Source of the DNA: Prasinococcaceae sp. CCMP 1430
Lineage: Eukaryota > Plantae > Prasinodermophyta
Assembly: GCA_013416795.1 (NCBI GenBank)
Contig: RQSC01000027.1
Location: 457,911 to 521,910, forward strand
Length of the DNA: 64,000 nt
Direction of reading: 5' to 3'
Shown here piece after piece: positions 41,550 to 51,315 of the stretch. The translations under genes and the position numbers were made by a program. The notes beneath the pieces were generated by a model. The model searched no databases. It was not told the DNA's origin and was given only the letters and a program-made list of their open reading frames with translations. The stretch's first letter is position 1. Each line of letters opens with the position of its first letter.

Positions 41550-43094
41550 CTAACACTCTATGTCTGCCGCCGTCACCGCAGCCAGCGCCGCACCGACGGC
41601 TGCCGCCGCCGGGTCAGCGTTCGATGCGCGGCCGAAGTCTCGAAGGATCGGCTGGCTCGGATGCGCCTGCGCCTGCGCCTGCGGCATCGGTGACACAAAA
41701 TATGGCGGGCTCGGAATCATGCGCGGCCCCACCGCAGGAGGCGTATTCGGCGGCCGAATGCCTGCGAACCTGCGGCGTTGCGTCTGCCTCTGCGGGTCCG
41801 CGTCGAGTGTCGGCAACGAGAGGAGGGCGTGCTTTTTGGCGCTCCCGTGTGGCTTGTGCTTGCCAGCAGCCGCGTTGCTGTGGCCGTTGCTGGCGTGGCT
41901 GGGTCGTTGCTGCCATGATGTTTGCTCCTTGGATTTGTTGCTACCCCCTATCCCTTGCTTGCGCTTGTCTTGGCCATTTTCTACGCCCCCTGCGGCTGAG
42001 CCCTTGGTGGACACTCGCCTGCGCTTGTCACCGCCGTCGCTGATGCCATCGGTGCCGCGGTGAGCGTCGCTGGACTTCACGCTCTGATTTCGTCGCGCCG
42101 AGGATTCTCTCTTCCGCTTCCCACTGGGGTCGCTGTTGTCATCATCGGCGGCATCGCTGCTAACGTCTCGTGCGGAGGAGCTTCGGAGCTGTCGCGTCGC
42201 CTTGCTTGGCTGGTGACCATTTTGCATTCCTGCTGTGTCGCCGCCCGCACCCAGGGCATGCTTGCGACCGGACAGCAGCCCTGTGGTGTCCTCTTCACAT
42301 CCCTCCCGCAACATGAACAACGCCCGCTTCACACACGACCAGCACACCGGTCCAAAGTCGTCCGCGTTACCCCCGTCGCCGCCGTACATCTCGCCGCCGC
42401 AGTGCGAGCACGAGCCACCGTCGAACATTACTGCAGCGCCCTTGCAGAGTTCCGCGCCGAGGTCCCACTCCTCGCGCTCTTCGCCGTCGTCGTACGCGAC
42501 CAGCAATCCCGCTTGCCTACGCCCTGCCAGCACGCTCTTGATGGTCCCTCGATACCAGCCGTCCTCTTGCTCGTTCGTTCCGTCGCCGAACAGCACACGC
42601 ACTCGCCGACCCACGAGCGACTGGCAGTACGTAGGGGAATTCCAGTCCTCACTAGTGGCGGCCTCCGGCGGGGGGGGCGCTCGAGCAACGCGAGCGATCG
42701 CGCGGGGTGAGTCCATCGGCGCGACCCTCGGGCGGCCGACCGGATTCTTCTTCGTCGGGCGACCGCGTTTCTGTGGCGTCTGAGCCCGCGCTGACACGCG
42801 CTCGATGGCAGTAGAGCGGGTCTCCCGGACGGAGCGTACGGCGCGCACTGGCGAGCCCAGGGCGCCAGAGCCATCTGCAGCACGCGTGCCCGACGAGCGT
42901 CGCGAACCAGCCTGCGCAGCAATGTGTGCGTTCGCGCATATTGCGGCTACGCGCCTGCGCCGCCCGCTGGCACGCGCCGTGTCGAGACCTGCGAGCTCGC
43001 GCGAGCCCACGGGTGGCTGCTGGCGGCGCAGACCGGATGCTTCGGCCGCCCTCCTCTTCCGCCCCCCGCGCCCGCTGCCTGTCGCCCGCACCAT
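41550..43094 (-). CDS. Nuclear protein with AT-hook-like motifs and a Tudor-like domain
   Basis: KRGRPTKKNPVGRPR (AT-hook-like). SLVGRRVRVLF...GWYRGTIKSV...LVAYDDGEEREEWDL (Tudor-like). A CSHC...CWSC segment could be a zinc finger. Likely ATG at 43094. Confidence 0.65.
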   Translation of the reverse strand: MVRATGSGRGGRKRRAAEASGLRRQQPPVGSRELAGLDTARASGRRRRVAAICANAHIAAQAGSRRSSGTRAADGSGALGSPVRAVRSVRETRSTAIERVSARAQTPQKRGRPTKKNPVGRPRVAPMDSPRAIARVARAPPPPEAATSEDWNSPTYCQSLVGRRVRVLFGDGTNEQEDGWYRGTIKSVLAGRRQAGLLVAYDDGEEREEWDLGAELCKGAAVMFDGGSCSHCGGEMYGGDGGNADDFGPVCWSCVKRALFMLREGCEEDTTGLLSGRKHALGAGGDTAGMQNGHQPSKATRQLRSSSARDVSSDAADDDNSDPSGKRKRESSARRNQSVKSSDAHRGTDGISDGGDKRRRVSTKGSAAGGVENGQDKRKQGIGGSNKSKEQTSWQQRPSHASNGHSNAAAGKHKPHGSAKKHALLSLPTLDADPQRQTQRRRFAGIRPPNTPPAVGPRMIPSPPYFVSPMPQAQAQAHPSQPILRDFGRASNADPAAAAVGAALAAVTAADIEC

Positions 43095-43493
43095 GTCGGG
43101 GCGGCGAGCGACGTGCCGCGACGGTCGCGCGGCCAGCTGGCCCGCGGGGGCGCGCGGGGGCGCCGTGGCCTTCTTCGGCCTTGGCACTTCAGCACCTGCC
43201 CCACCGCCTTTCCCACCGCCCTCCTCCCCTCTCCCTCTCCCTGACCACGCGCGTGCCCCACTGCCTCTGTGCACGCGATGTGGTGTGCGAGGACGCGGCG
43301 CACGGCAGGCTGTGGCGTCGGTTATTACGTTTTGTGCGATGCTCCGAGCAGAACCGCGTGCCACTGCGCGCGCGAGCGGGGGGAGGGGGGGCACGGGGCG
43401 GCGAAGGGATGGTAGTAAGGGGGGGGGGGGGGGGGGGGCAGGCGGCGCGACGGAGAGGGGAGGGGAGCGCGGACGGGGGAGAGAGGGGCTGAG

Positions 43494-43940
43494 GTGCCTG
43501 CAGTGCCGATGCGCGCATGCCGCGCGGCGCTCGCTGCAGCGCGGCGGATGGTCATTGGGGCCGCCGTCGCCGCCGAGCGCGCTGCCGGTGAGGGCCAAGG
43601 GGTCGCGTACCGGCTGGCGCTCTCCAAGGATGCTGCGGCCACGCTCGCGGAGGGCGAGAAGGGGCTGCATTTCGTCGACCTCGCACCTGTCGGAACAATG
43701 CTGGTGCCGGGGAGACGATTCGGGATGGCGCAGGGCGGCGAGGACGGCCGGCTGATGGTCGAGCTGACCTCCCCGTTGACAGGCGAGATTGTCGCGCATT
43801 CGTGCGACCCCGCGGATGCGCCGCGCCTCCTCCGAGAGAGACCTGGGGCCTGGCTGGTGGAGCTGGACCCACTGATCGAGGACGGAGAGGAGGAGGGCGA
43901 GTGGGACGAGCTCGTATCTGAGGAGGCACGCACGCAATGA
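43494..43940 (+). CDS. Glycine cleavage H-protein-like fold lacking the lipoyl-lysine motif
   Basis: LHFVDLAPVGTMLVPGRRFGMAQGGEDGRLMVELTSPLTGEIVAHS...PRLLRERPGAWLVEL aligns by eye to GcvH (VELP.VG...G..FG.VESVK...V.SP.SGEV...P.L...P..GWL), but QGGE replaces ESVK. Confidence 0.6.
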   Translation: MPAVPMRACRAALAAARRMVIGAAVAAERAAGEGQGVAYRLALSKDAAATLAEGEKGLHFVDLAPVGTMLVPGRRFGMAQGGEDGRLMVELTSPLTGEIVAHSCDPADAPRLLRERPGAWLVELDPLIEDGEEEGEWDELVSEEARTQ

Positions 43941-44280
43941 CATCGCCCTGTACACTCTGTAAAATGCACATCCCGCGCGCCTCGAGGCGCAGCTCGCAGC
44001 ATCGTACCACCCCCGCGATCGCCGCCGAGCGAGGGGCGTGAAGAGAACCGTCGAGTTTACAAACGCAGCGGCATCGCGAAGTATCAAGTACAAGAATGTA
44101 TGATCCGAGCCCGCAAGCTCGCTCGCCCGCCGGCCTTGGCGGCACATGTGCTGTGCGCCGGGCCGGCGCGCAGACCAGCGGAGTGCTGGGCGTCACGATG
44201 AGGGCGGGTTCGGGTAGGAAAAAATTCCCGCTCGCCGTGCTGCCAACCAGCTTGGCGAACGCGAGAGTAGCGTTGTGACC

Positions 44281-47040
44281 CTACAGGTCCTGCCCGAGCT
44301 TGTCCATGCGGTCGAGCATGTCCTGCATCACCCTCTCATCGAGGCCCTTGGCGCCGGCGAGCACGAGCCTGAACTGGTTGGGCATGCCCTTGTTGCGCTG
44401 GAAGCCGATGAGGGCGTCACCCGTCTGCTGCATGCGGCTCTTGAGCTTGGGCGCCACCGCGTCGAGCTCGTCGATGATGCGCTGCGGCACCCCAGAGAGG
44501 TCCACGCCGCCCTCGGGATCCATCTCGTCGCCGTCCACCAGCGCGTGCAGCGCGAGCTCGGCGCGCATCCGAGGGGGCACGTACCAGAAGCACACGTTGG
44601 TGCAACTCCGCTTGGCCGCCATGATGAACGCGCGGTCGCTGTTGCGGATCTGTTGCTCGAAGCTCTCTGCGAGGTCGTACGCGTGCTCAGCCTCGGCGGC
44701 CCACCCGGCGTCGCCCTTCGACTTCCACGCCAGCCACAGCTTGAATGCGTCGGCCCTGCGCCCGCACTGGATAGAGCGGTCGCCCAGGTCCATGTCTCCG
44801 TACAGCTTGTCCGGCTGGAAGAGGTACGCGGCCGATGCGGCGTTGCACGCCGCGAGCTGGCCCTCCTTGCGCGTCAAGAACGCCGAGCAGGTGAGAGGCA
44901 TGTTCATCTGCTTGTGCGGGTTCCACGTGAGCGAGTCGGCCGTCTCGACGCCCTCGAGGTACTCCTCGCGCAGGCGCGGCGAGAGGAACGCGCCGCTGCC
45001 CCATGCGGCGTCCACGTGCATCCACAGGCCGTGCTTGTCGCACACCTCGCGCACGGCCACGAAGGGGTCGTACGCGCCGAGCACGGTCGTGCCCGCGGTG
45101 GCTCCCACGAAGAAGGGCTTGGCGCCCTCGTCGATCGCCTTCTGGACCGCCGCCTCGAGCGCCTCGGGGATCATGATGCCGTCGATGTCCGTCTCAACCG
45201 CGATCATGTTGTCCTTGCCGATGCCGGTCACCGCCGCGCCCTTCGCGAACGAGTAGTGCGCCTCGTCCGAGCAGAAACCCACCAGCCTCGGCCCACCCGC
45301 CAGCCCGCGCTCGCGGATGTTGGGGTCGGCGTTGTGGCGCGCCAGCAGGATGCCGTACGTGTTGGCGATCGAGCCGCCAGGCACGAACAGCCCGTCGTGT
45401 TCGGGGGTGGGCGCGCCCGCCGGCGTGTTCGCCCACATGCGCGCCATCTTGTCGAGGCACGCGCGCTCCGCCATCGTGAAGACGGGGGCCACCTCGTACG
45501 TGTGCACGTTCGAGTTGGCCGCGGCGACCAGCCAGTCGCCCACGAGACCAGCGGGATCGACGCCCGCGTAGAGCTGGTTCATGAACATCGGGTGGTGCGT
45601 GCGCGCGCTGAGGTCGAGCGCCACGTTGCACGCCTCGAGCAGCTGCTCCGGGGTGTGCGGCGCCTCGCCGTCGCCGATGTGCAGCGGCACGCCCGCCGCC
45701 GCGAAGTCGTCAGCCATCTCCTCCGGCGAGCGCAGCTTGATCACCGGGTCGGCGGCGATGCGCTCCGCCGCGGCGGGCCCGCCAGAGTGGAGCTCCTCGG
45801 CGGCAGCGTACTCGGCGAGCATCTTGGACGCGTCGCGCAGGAACTCCGCGGCCTTGGAGCGGTCGGCCAGGGGCGGCGGCTTCGGCTTGGTGGAGATGGG
45901 CGCGAGCGGGTCCTCGGGGCCGAAGTCGACGCGGCTGGCGTCGAGGTCCGCCTGCGGGTCGGGCTGGTCCCCGACGAAGTTCTTGGCCTCGCGCCAGGTG
46001 GGGCTGTAGATCTTGGACAGGTACTTGACGCCGCTGTCGGGCAGGACGGTCACGATGGTGCCCTCCTCGAGGCGCGCGCTGAGCTCCACCGCCGCGTGCA
46101 CGTTGAGGCCGCCCGAGCCGCCCGCGAGGATGCCCTCCTCCTCGGACATGCGCTGGCACATGTCGATCGCCTGCTTGTCGGTCACGCTGAGCATGGCGTC
46201 CACGACGTCGAAGTTGAGCGCGCCGGGCACGCTGTCCTTGCCCACGCCCTCGACGGCGTAGGACTGCGCGGCGAGCGGCCCCTCGGCCTTGGGCGTGCCG
46301 TCGCCGTGGTAGGCGCCCCACAGCACGCTGCCGCACGGGTCGGGCATGAGCACCCGCACCTCTCCGTCGGACACCTCCTTGAGGTAGCGGCCCGTGCCGG
46401 AGACGGTGCCGCCCGTCGAGCCGCCCGCCACGAAGTGCGTGACGGCGCCGTCCGTCTGCTCCCAGATCTCGGGGCCGAGCGTGTTGTAGTACGCCATCGG
46501 GTTGTCGGGCGTCTCGTACTGGTCCACGCCGAAGTAGGCCGGGTTTCGCTCGCACAGCGTCGCCTCGAGGTTCACGTAGTGCTCCGGGTGGTCGGCCGGC
46601 AGCCCCTCCTTGGCCACGATCACCTCGCCGCCGTAGGCGCGCATGGCCTCGCGCTTCTCCTCGGAGCACTTGGCGTTGGTGATGACGATGTACTTGTAGC
46701 CCTTGAGCGCGCACACCATCGCGATGGCCGCGCCGGTGTTGCCGGACGTCGACGCCACCACGGTGCCGCCCGGGAGCAGCTTGCCCTCGGCCTCGGCGCA
46801 GGAGATGATGTGGTGCGCGATGCGGTCCTTGATGGAGCCCGATGGGTTGAGGAACTCGGCCTTGGCCAGGATGCGCACCCGGCTGTTGCGGCTCAGCGAG
46901 GTCAGGTCGACCAGCGGCGTGTTGCCGATCAGCACGTTCGCGCGGCCCGTCGGCGCGGCGCCCGCCGCCGCGTCGGCATCGTCGGCGCCGCTCGCGACCG
47001 CCTCCGCCTCGCTCTCGTCGGCGACGCTCACGGCGTCGCC
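44281..47040 (-). CDS. Fusion of a cysteine synthase/CBS-like PLP enzyme and a group II PLP decarboxylase (GAD/CSAD-like); N-terminus runs into the gap
   Basis: One open frame. CS domain: IGNTPLV, KAEFLNPSGSIKDR, STSGNTGAAIA, DQYETPDN, AGGSTGGTVSG and EGVGKD. Decarboxylase domain: HPMFMNQLYAG, DGLFVPGGSIAN, ATAGTTVLGAYDP, WMHVDAAWG, TWNPHKQM and QCGRRADAFKLWL. Confidence 0.93.
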   Translation of the reverse strand, partial: GDAVSVADESEAEAVASGADDADAAAGAAPTGRANVLIGNTPLVDLTSLSRNSRVRILAKAEFLNPSGSIKDRIAHHIISCAEAEGKLLPGGTVVASTSGNTGAAIAMVCALKGYKYIVITNAKCSEEKREAMRAYGGEVIVAKEGLPADHPEHYVNLEATLCERNPAYFGVDQYETPDNPMAYYNTLGPEIWEQTDGAVTHFVAGGSTGGTVSGTGRYLKEVSDGEVRVLMPDPCGSVLWGAYHGDGTPKAEGPLAAQSYAVEGVGKDSVPGALNFDVVDAMLSVTDKQAIDMCQRMSEEEGILAGGSGGLNVHAAVELSARLEEGTIVTVLPDSGVKYLSKIYSPTWREAKNFVGDQPDPQADLDASRVDFGPEDPLAPISTKPKPPPLADRSKAAEFLRDASKMLAEYAAAEELHSGGPAAAERIAADPVIKLRSPEEMADDFAAAGVPLHIGDGEAPHTPEQLLEACNVALDLSARTHHPMFMNQLYAGVDPAGLVGDWLVAAANSNVHTYEVAPVFTMAERACLDKMARMWANTPAGAPTPEHDGLFVPGGSIANTYGILLARHNADPNIRERGLAGGPRLVGFCSDEAHYSFAKGAAVTGIGKDNMIAVETDIDGIMIPEALEAAVQKAIDEGAKPFFVGATAGTTVLGAYDPFVAVREVCDKHGLWMHVDAAWGSGAFLSPRLREEYLEGVETADSLTWNPHKQMNMPLTCSAFLTRKEGQLAACNAASAAYLFQPDKLYGDMDLGDRSIQCGRRADAFKLWLAWKSKGDAGWAAEAEHAYDLAESFEQQIRNSDRAFIMAAKRSCTNVCFWYVPPRMRAELALHALVDGDEMDPEGGVDLSGVPQRIIDELDAVAPKLKSRMQQTGDALIGFQRNKGMPNQFRLVLAGAKGLDERVMQDMLDRMDKLGQDL

Positions 47041-47042
47041 CG

Positions 47043-47792
47043 NNNNNNNNNNNNNNNNNNNNNNNNNNNNNNNNNNNNNNNNNNNNNNNNNNNNNNNNNN
47101 NNNNNNNNNNNNNNNNNNNNNNNNNNNNNNNNNNNNNNNNNNNNNNNNNNNNNNNNNNNNNNNNNNNNNNNNNNNNNNNNNNNNNNNNNNNNNNNNNNNN
47201 NNNNNNNNNNNNNNNNNNNNNNNNNNNNNNNNNNNNNNNNNNNNNNNNNNNNNNNNNNNNNNNNNNNNNNNNNNNNNNNNNNNNNNNNNNNNNNNNNNNN
47301 NNNNNNNNNNNNNNNNNNNNNNNNNNNNNNNNNNNNNNNNNNNNNNNNNNNNNNNNNNNNNNNNNNNNNNNNNNNNNNNNNNNNNNNNNNNNNNNNNNNN
47401 NNNNNNNNNNNNNNNNNNNNNNNNNNNNNNNNNNNNNNNNNNNNNNNNNNNNNNNNNNNNNNNNNNNNNNNNNNNNNNNNNNNNNNNNNNNNNNNNNNNN
47501 NNNNNNNNNNNNNNNNNNNNNNNNNNNNNNNNNNNNNNNNNNNNNNNNNNNNNNNNNNNNNNNNNNNNNNNNNNNNNNNNNNNNNNNNNNNNNNNNNNNN
47601 NNNNNNNNNNNNNNNNNNNNNNNNNNNNNNNNNNNNNNNNNNNNNNNNNNNNNNNNNNNNNNNNNNNNNNNNNNNNNNNNNNNNNNNNNNNNNNNNNNNN
47701 NNNNNNNNNNNNNNNNNNNNNNNNNNNNNNNNNNNNNNNNNNNNNNNNNNNNNNNNNNNNNNNNNNNNNNNNNNNNNNNNNNNNNNNNNNNN
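47043..47792. other. Assembly gap (750 N)
   Basis: Run of N. Confidence 0.99.
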
Positions 47793-48810
47793 CCGCGAAA
47801 CCGCCGCGAACGAAACCGCCGGCCGCGGGACGCGAGCGCGCCATCAAACCGCTCGCGCGCGCGCGGAAAAAATCGGCGGGCGGACGCGGGCCTCCCGTTT
47901 CGGGCGCGCGCGCGCGCGCGCGCGGCGCCCGGCCAACCAGCCCAGGCAATCCGCAATCCGCGGGCGGATCGCGTGCGGGCCGCCAGGACTGGGCTGGACT
48001 GGACTGGATGGACGGCGGCGCCAGCCCGACCAGCCAGCGCACTTCGACCGTCGAACTGACCGAAGCGGAAGGTCGGACCATCCAACCAACCAACCATCCG
48101 TCAGTCCGTGCGGCCACCACAGCGCAGGAATGCATATGCCCTCGGAAAGCGCGAGTTACGTCTCGGTCGGAGGAGAATGCAGCGAACCGCCAACCCGAAG
48201 TCCGCGGGAGGACCCCCGCTGCTGCCGCGCGAAGCCCCGCGGCGGATCCGGAAGCTGGGCGGGCGGAGGCGCCGCCCGCCGCTGCCCCGCAACCACCACC
48301 GAATAAATACGGGGTTACCAGCCAGCCAGCAGGGGCGAGAAGCGGGCCCACACCCTCCCACCCACCCACCCACCCACCCACCCACCCACAGCTCGCGCGT
48401 TCGCTGCGGTGACCAACCAACCTTCCCAACCACCCCAACCAACCAACCCATGTATCTCTTCGGGATGGCCCATCCCACGTGGGGCGTCCGCTCGGCCTCC
48501 CATGGATCGTGGCTGGCTCTGGATCCGGATGGCGCCTGGGGTGTCCGTCCCCCGACCGACCGTGCAGTCACCGCACCGGTGATTGCTGGTTCGGCTGGGG
48601 CGTGTGGACCTCAGTCAGGCGGACGGGCAGGACCGACACACGACTACGAAAGTGAAAGTGCGGAGACGGCCCAGCACGGCGAAGAAAGGGTTACCCTTTG
48701 GGGTTAATATCGCGTCTACAGAACGGGTTTACAAAGAAGCCTTTTTTCTTTTTTTTTTTTGGCCCGCATTTTCGGCGCGCGCGCGCGCGGCAGGGCCGAG
48801 CCGCCGGCGG

Positions 48811-49104
48811 CGACGCGGCGACCAACTCCACCGCCGGCTGGGCTGGATATGGGCCATCGCCATGTTCGCGACCGCCGTAATGAGTTTTGGCATCCGCCTC
48901 ACCAACCGTGGAGACTTCAGCTTCATTCACATCCTGTCGGTCATCACGATCGTTGGCGTGCCGGTGTTGGTGGTTGCGGCCCGTCGCCATGACTTGGCCC
49001 GTCATCGCGGCCAGGCGCGCGGCTTTGTCATCGGGGCGTTGCTCGTGGCCGGATTCTTCACCTTTCCGTTCAACCGGCTATTGGGGTCGTGGCTGTTCGG
49101 ATGA
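48811..49104 (+). pseudogene. 5'-truncated bacterial-type membrane protein gene (DUF2306-like)
   Basis: RRGDQLHRRLGWIWAIAMFATAVMSFGIR...FSFIHILSV...AARRHDLARHRG...GALLVAGFFTFPFNRLLGSWLFG*. Intronless, with bacterial-like codon usage (GTA, AGT, TTT, CGT, TTG), and lacking the expected N-terminal helix. Confidence 0.7.
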
Positions 49105-49654
49105 AGCCGTAACAGCCGTGCTGCGCACGCGGCGACTCGGCATGAGCTTACGCTAGGGAAGGCTGCAATTTTTCGCCCAATCGGCTCGACCAAGGGCGAT
49201 GTCCGGCCAGGTTTTTGACAACTTCCCAATAAATTGCGATGAAACGTGCTATTTCCACGACTAATGCAGCGCAGCGGGCCGGGCGGGCGGCGCGTTGGGC
49301 CCGCCTGCCGCTGGTGCGCGCGAGGAGGCGAGCGTCCCGCCGTGGCATCTGCTCGGCAGGACGGCCCTGCTCGCGACGACGGCGCGCGGACGGATCGCTC
49401 CGTTGGAGCGCCTGTGTCGCGTGAGCACCGCCGCCGCGCCCCCGCTCCGCGTCTTTCGTGTGTGTGTGTGTGTGTTGGGAAGAGGGGGAGGGGCTTTGAG
49501 GCCAGCGAGGCCAGTGCTGTGCGCGCGCTTTCAGCTTTTTGCCAGTTCGCGCTCCGAGCGTGGCCAAGCACGCAGCGCGCTGCCACACCCTCGTGGTGCA
49601 CCGATGCTGACCAGCCACCCCCCCACCCCCTTCTCGCCCTTGTGCTCTCCACAG

Positions 49655-49807
49655 CCGTCCTTCAAGACCTTCAAGATCAAGCGCATCCTCGCCAAGAAGC
49701 AGAAGCAGAACAGGCCGATCCCGCACTGGATCCGCCTGCGCACCGGCAACACCATCCGCTACAACTCGAAGCGCCGCCACTGGCGCCGCAGCAAGCTCGG
49801 CCTGTAA
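49655..49807 (+). CDS. RPL39: 60S ribosomal protein L39, last exon; the Met-only first exon was not located
   Basis: After acceptor ...CACAG at 49654: [56 protein letters not shown] branch point about 45 nt upstream. Confidence 0.96.
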   Translation, partial: PSFKTFKIKRILAKKQKQNRPIPHWIRLRTGNTIRYNSKRRHWRRSKLGL

Positions 49808-50103
49808 ATTCGGGGCGCGCTCCGAGGAGGGGCGGACCGTGCGGCGCTCGCTGCGCGTACTCCTCCCTCACGCTCCGCTCAGGCCATGCAGCTGCTGGTG
49901 TGGTGAGGCCTCCTTAATTGACCACACTTACTAAACCTCCCCGAGCCGCGCCGCCGCTGTGGCTGAGCGCGCGTGCGACGCGCACGGCTCGCGCGCAGCG
50001 CATTGCCCGACCGTGGCCGACCGCGCCTTGCTCCCTCCCACGTGTCTATTATTGGCTTGCGTGATGATTAAACAGTGCGGGCGCGCGCAGCCGCGCCGCC
50101 GCG

Positions 50104-51315
50104 TCAGGCGCCCCGCGCGCGCCCCTCCCGGTGTGCGTCCGTCTCAGGCTCGCGGAGGAAGTCCTTCCACGAGACCCATCCCTTGGTCGCGTACACCATG
50201 TCCGGCCGCAGCGGCAGCGTGCTCGGCCGATGGCCCTGCGAACAGAACGCTAGCCACTGCGTCGACGAGCGCGGGCCAAGCGTGCGAGCGAGGCGGCGCG
50301 CGTCCTCGAAGCCGAGCAGGCTCCTTGAGCGCAACACGCCTGCCTCGGGGCCGTCGAGGAAGTCAGGCCACGACTCCCACTCGTCGGCGTACAGGCGTCG
50401 AGGGTTGCGCGGCAGGCCGCGCGGCCGCGCGAGCCGATGCCACTGGCGGTACTGGCGGTGCGAGGTCAGCCCGAGCGCGCGCGCGGAGGCGCACGCCTCG
50501 CGGTATGGCATGCACGCCAGAGGCTCGCTTTCGTCCGCGTCGTCGCCAGCGACGTCCACGAGAGTCGAGCGCGGCAAGAGCACGCCGTCGCGCACGTGCA
50601 GGAAGTCGCGCCAGCCCTTCCACCGAGCCGCGTAGAGCGTCTGCGGGTCCGCTGGCAGCCAGCGGGGCGTGTCGGCGCTCTCGCATGCTTCGGCGTACGC
50701 AGATGGCCCGGCGAGCCCCATGGAGCGCACCACTGCCCGGCAAATCTCCCAGTCCGGGGGCTCTCCGGGGAGGTCCAAGAAGTCATCCCAACACGTCCAC
50801 CCCCTTCCGGCATACGTCTGGTGCGGCGCCGCGGGTATGCCGCGCGGCATCCTGGAGTCACGACACGCCTCAAACTCGGCGCGAGAGCGCAGGCGCCGCA
50901 TGCGCACGAGCGTACGCGCCTCGGCGAATGGCAACGAGACCGACGCGCGCGCGGGAGTGCCCTCCCGCGACTCATCGAGGAAGTCCGGCCATGACACCCA
51001 CGCAGAGGAGTAAACCTCGTCAGGCCTCCGCGGCAATGCGCCGCCGCGGCCGCCACCGTCGACGCTCGCAGTGGGCCCCTCGGACTCTATCCACGCCTCG
51101 TACTCCGCGCGCGTCCCGGCGCTCGCCTCACGCGCGGCGAGGCGCGCCGCCTCGAAAGTCGCGAAGCGTCGCCTCCGCCTCCTCACCCGATGGTTTGCTC
51201 GCCGCCCCTGCTGCTGCTGATCCTGCTGCCGCGGCTGCTCATGCTGCTGCTGCTGCCGCTGTAGGGGTGGCGGCTGCAGCTGCCCGTCGGGCCGACCGGC
51301 CCCCGCGCAGCGCAC
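50104..51315 (-). CDS. Protein of five tandem integrase-repeat-like units (F.EAR..AR..GL.S..Y...P..LP..P...Y...W..W.DFL); start uncertain
   Basis: Five units of about 55 aa ending WVSWPDFL, WTCWDDFL, WKGWRDFL, WESWPDFL and WVSWKDFL, with a Q/R-rich N-terminus. The pattern matches my recollection of the phage integrase repeat unit. Confidence 0.7.
   Translation of the reverse strand: MRCAGAGRPDGQLQPPPLQRQQQQHEQPRQQDQQQQGRRANHRVRRRRRRFATFEAARLAAREASAGTRAEYEAWIESEGPTASVDGGGRGGALPRRPDEVYSSAWVSWPDFLDESREGTPARASVSLPFAEARTLVRMRRLRSRAEFEACRDSRMPRGIPAAPHQTYAGRGWTCWDDFLDLPGEPPDWEICRAVVRSMGLAGPSAYAEACESADTPRWLPADPQTLYAARWKGWRDFLHVRDGVLLPRSTLVDVAGDDADESEPLACMPYREACASARALGLTSHRQYRQWHRLARPRGLPRNPRRLYADEWESWPDFLDGPEAGVLRSRSLLGFEDARRLARTLGPRSSTQWLAFCSQGHRPSTLPLRPDMVYATKGWVSWKDFLREPETDAHREGRARGA

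Noticed and set aside
44275-48438. ORFs of 570-1385 aa spanning the N runs (also 56359-58337)
   Set aside because: They are artefacts of translating through assembly gaps.
50104-51315. An intact prophage, integrase or transposon around the integrase-repeat gene
   Set aside because: No tyrosine recombinase catalytic motifs, transposase, terminal repeats or target-site duplications were seen, and the flanks are ordinary host genes.
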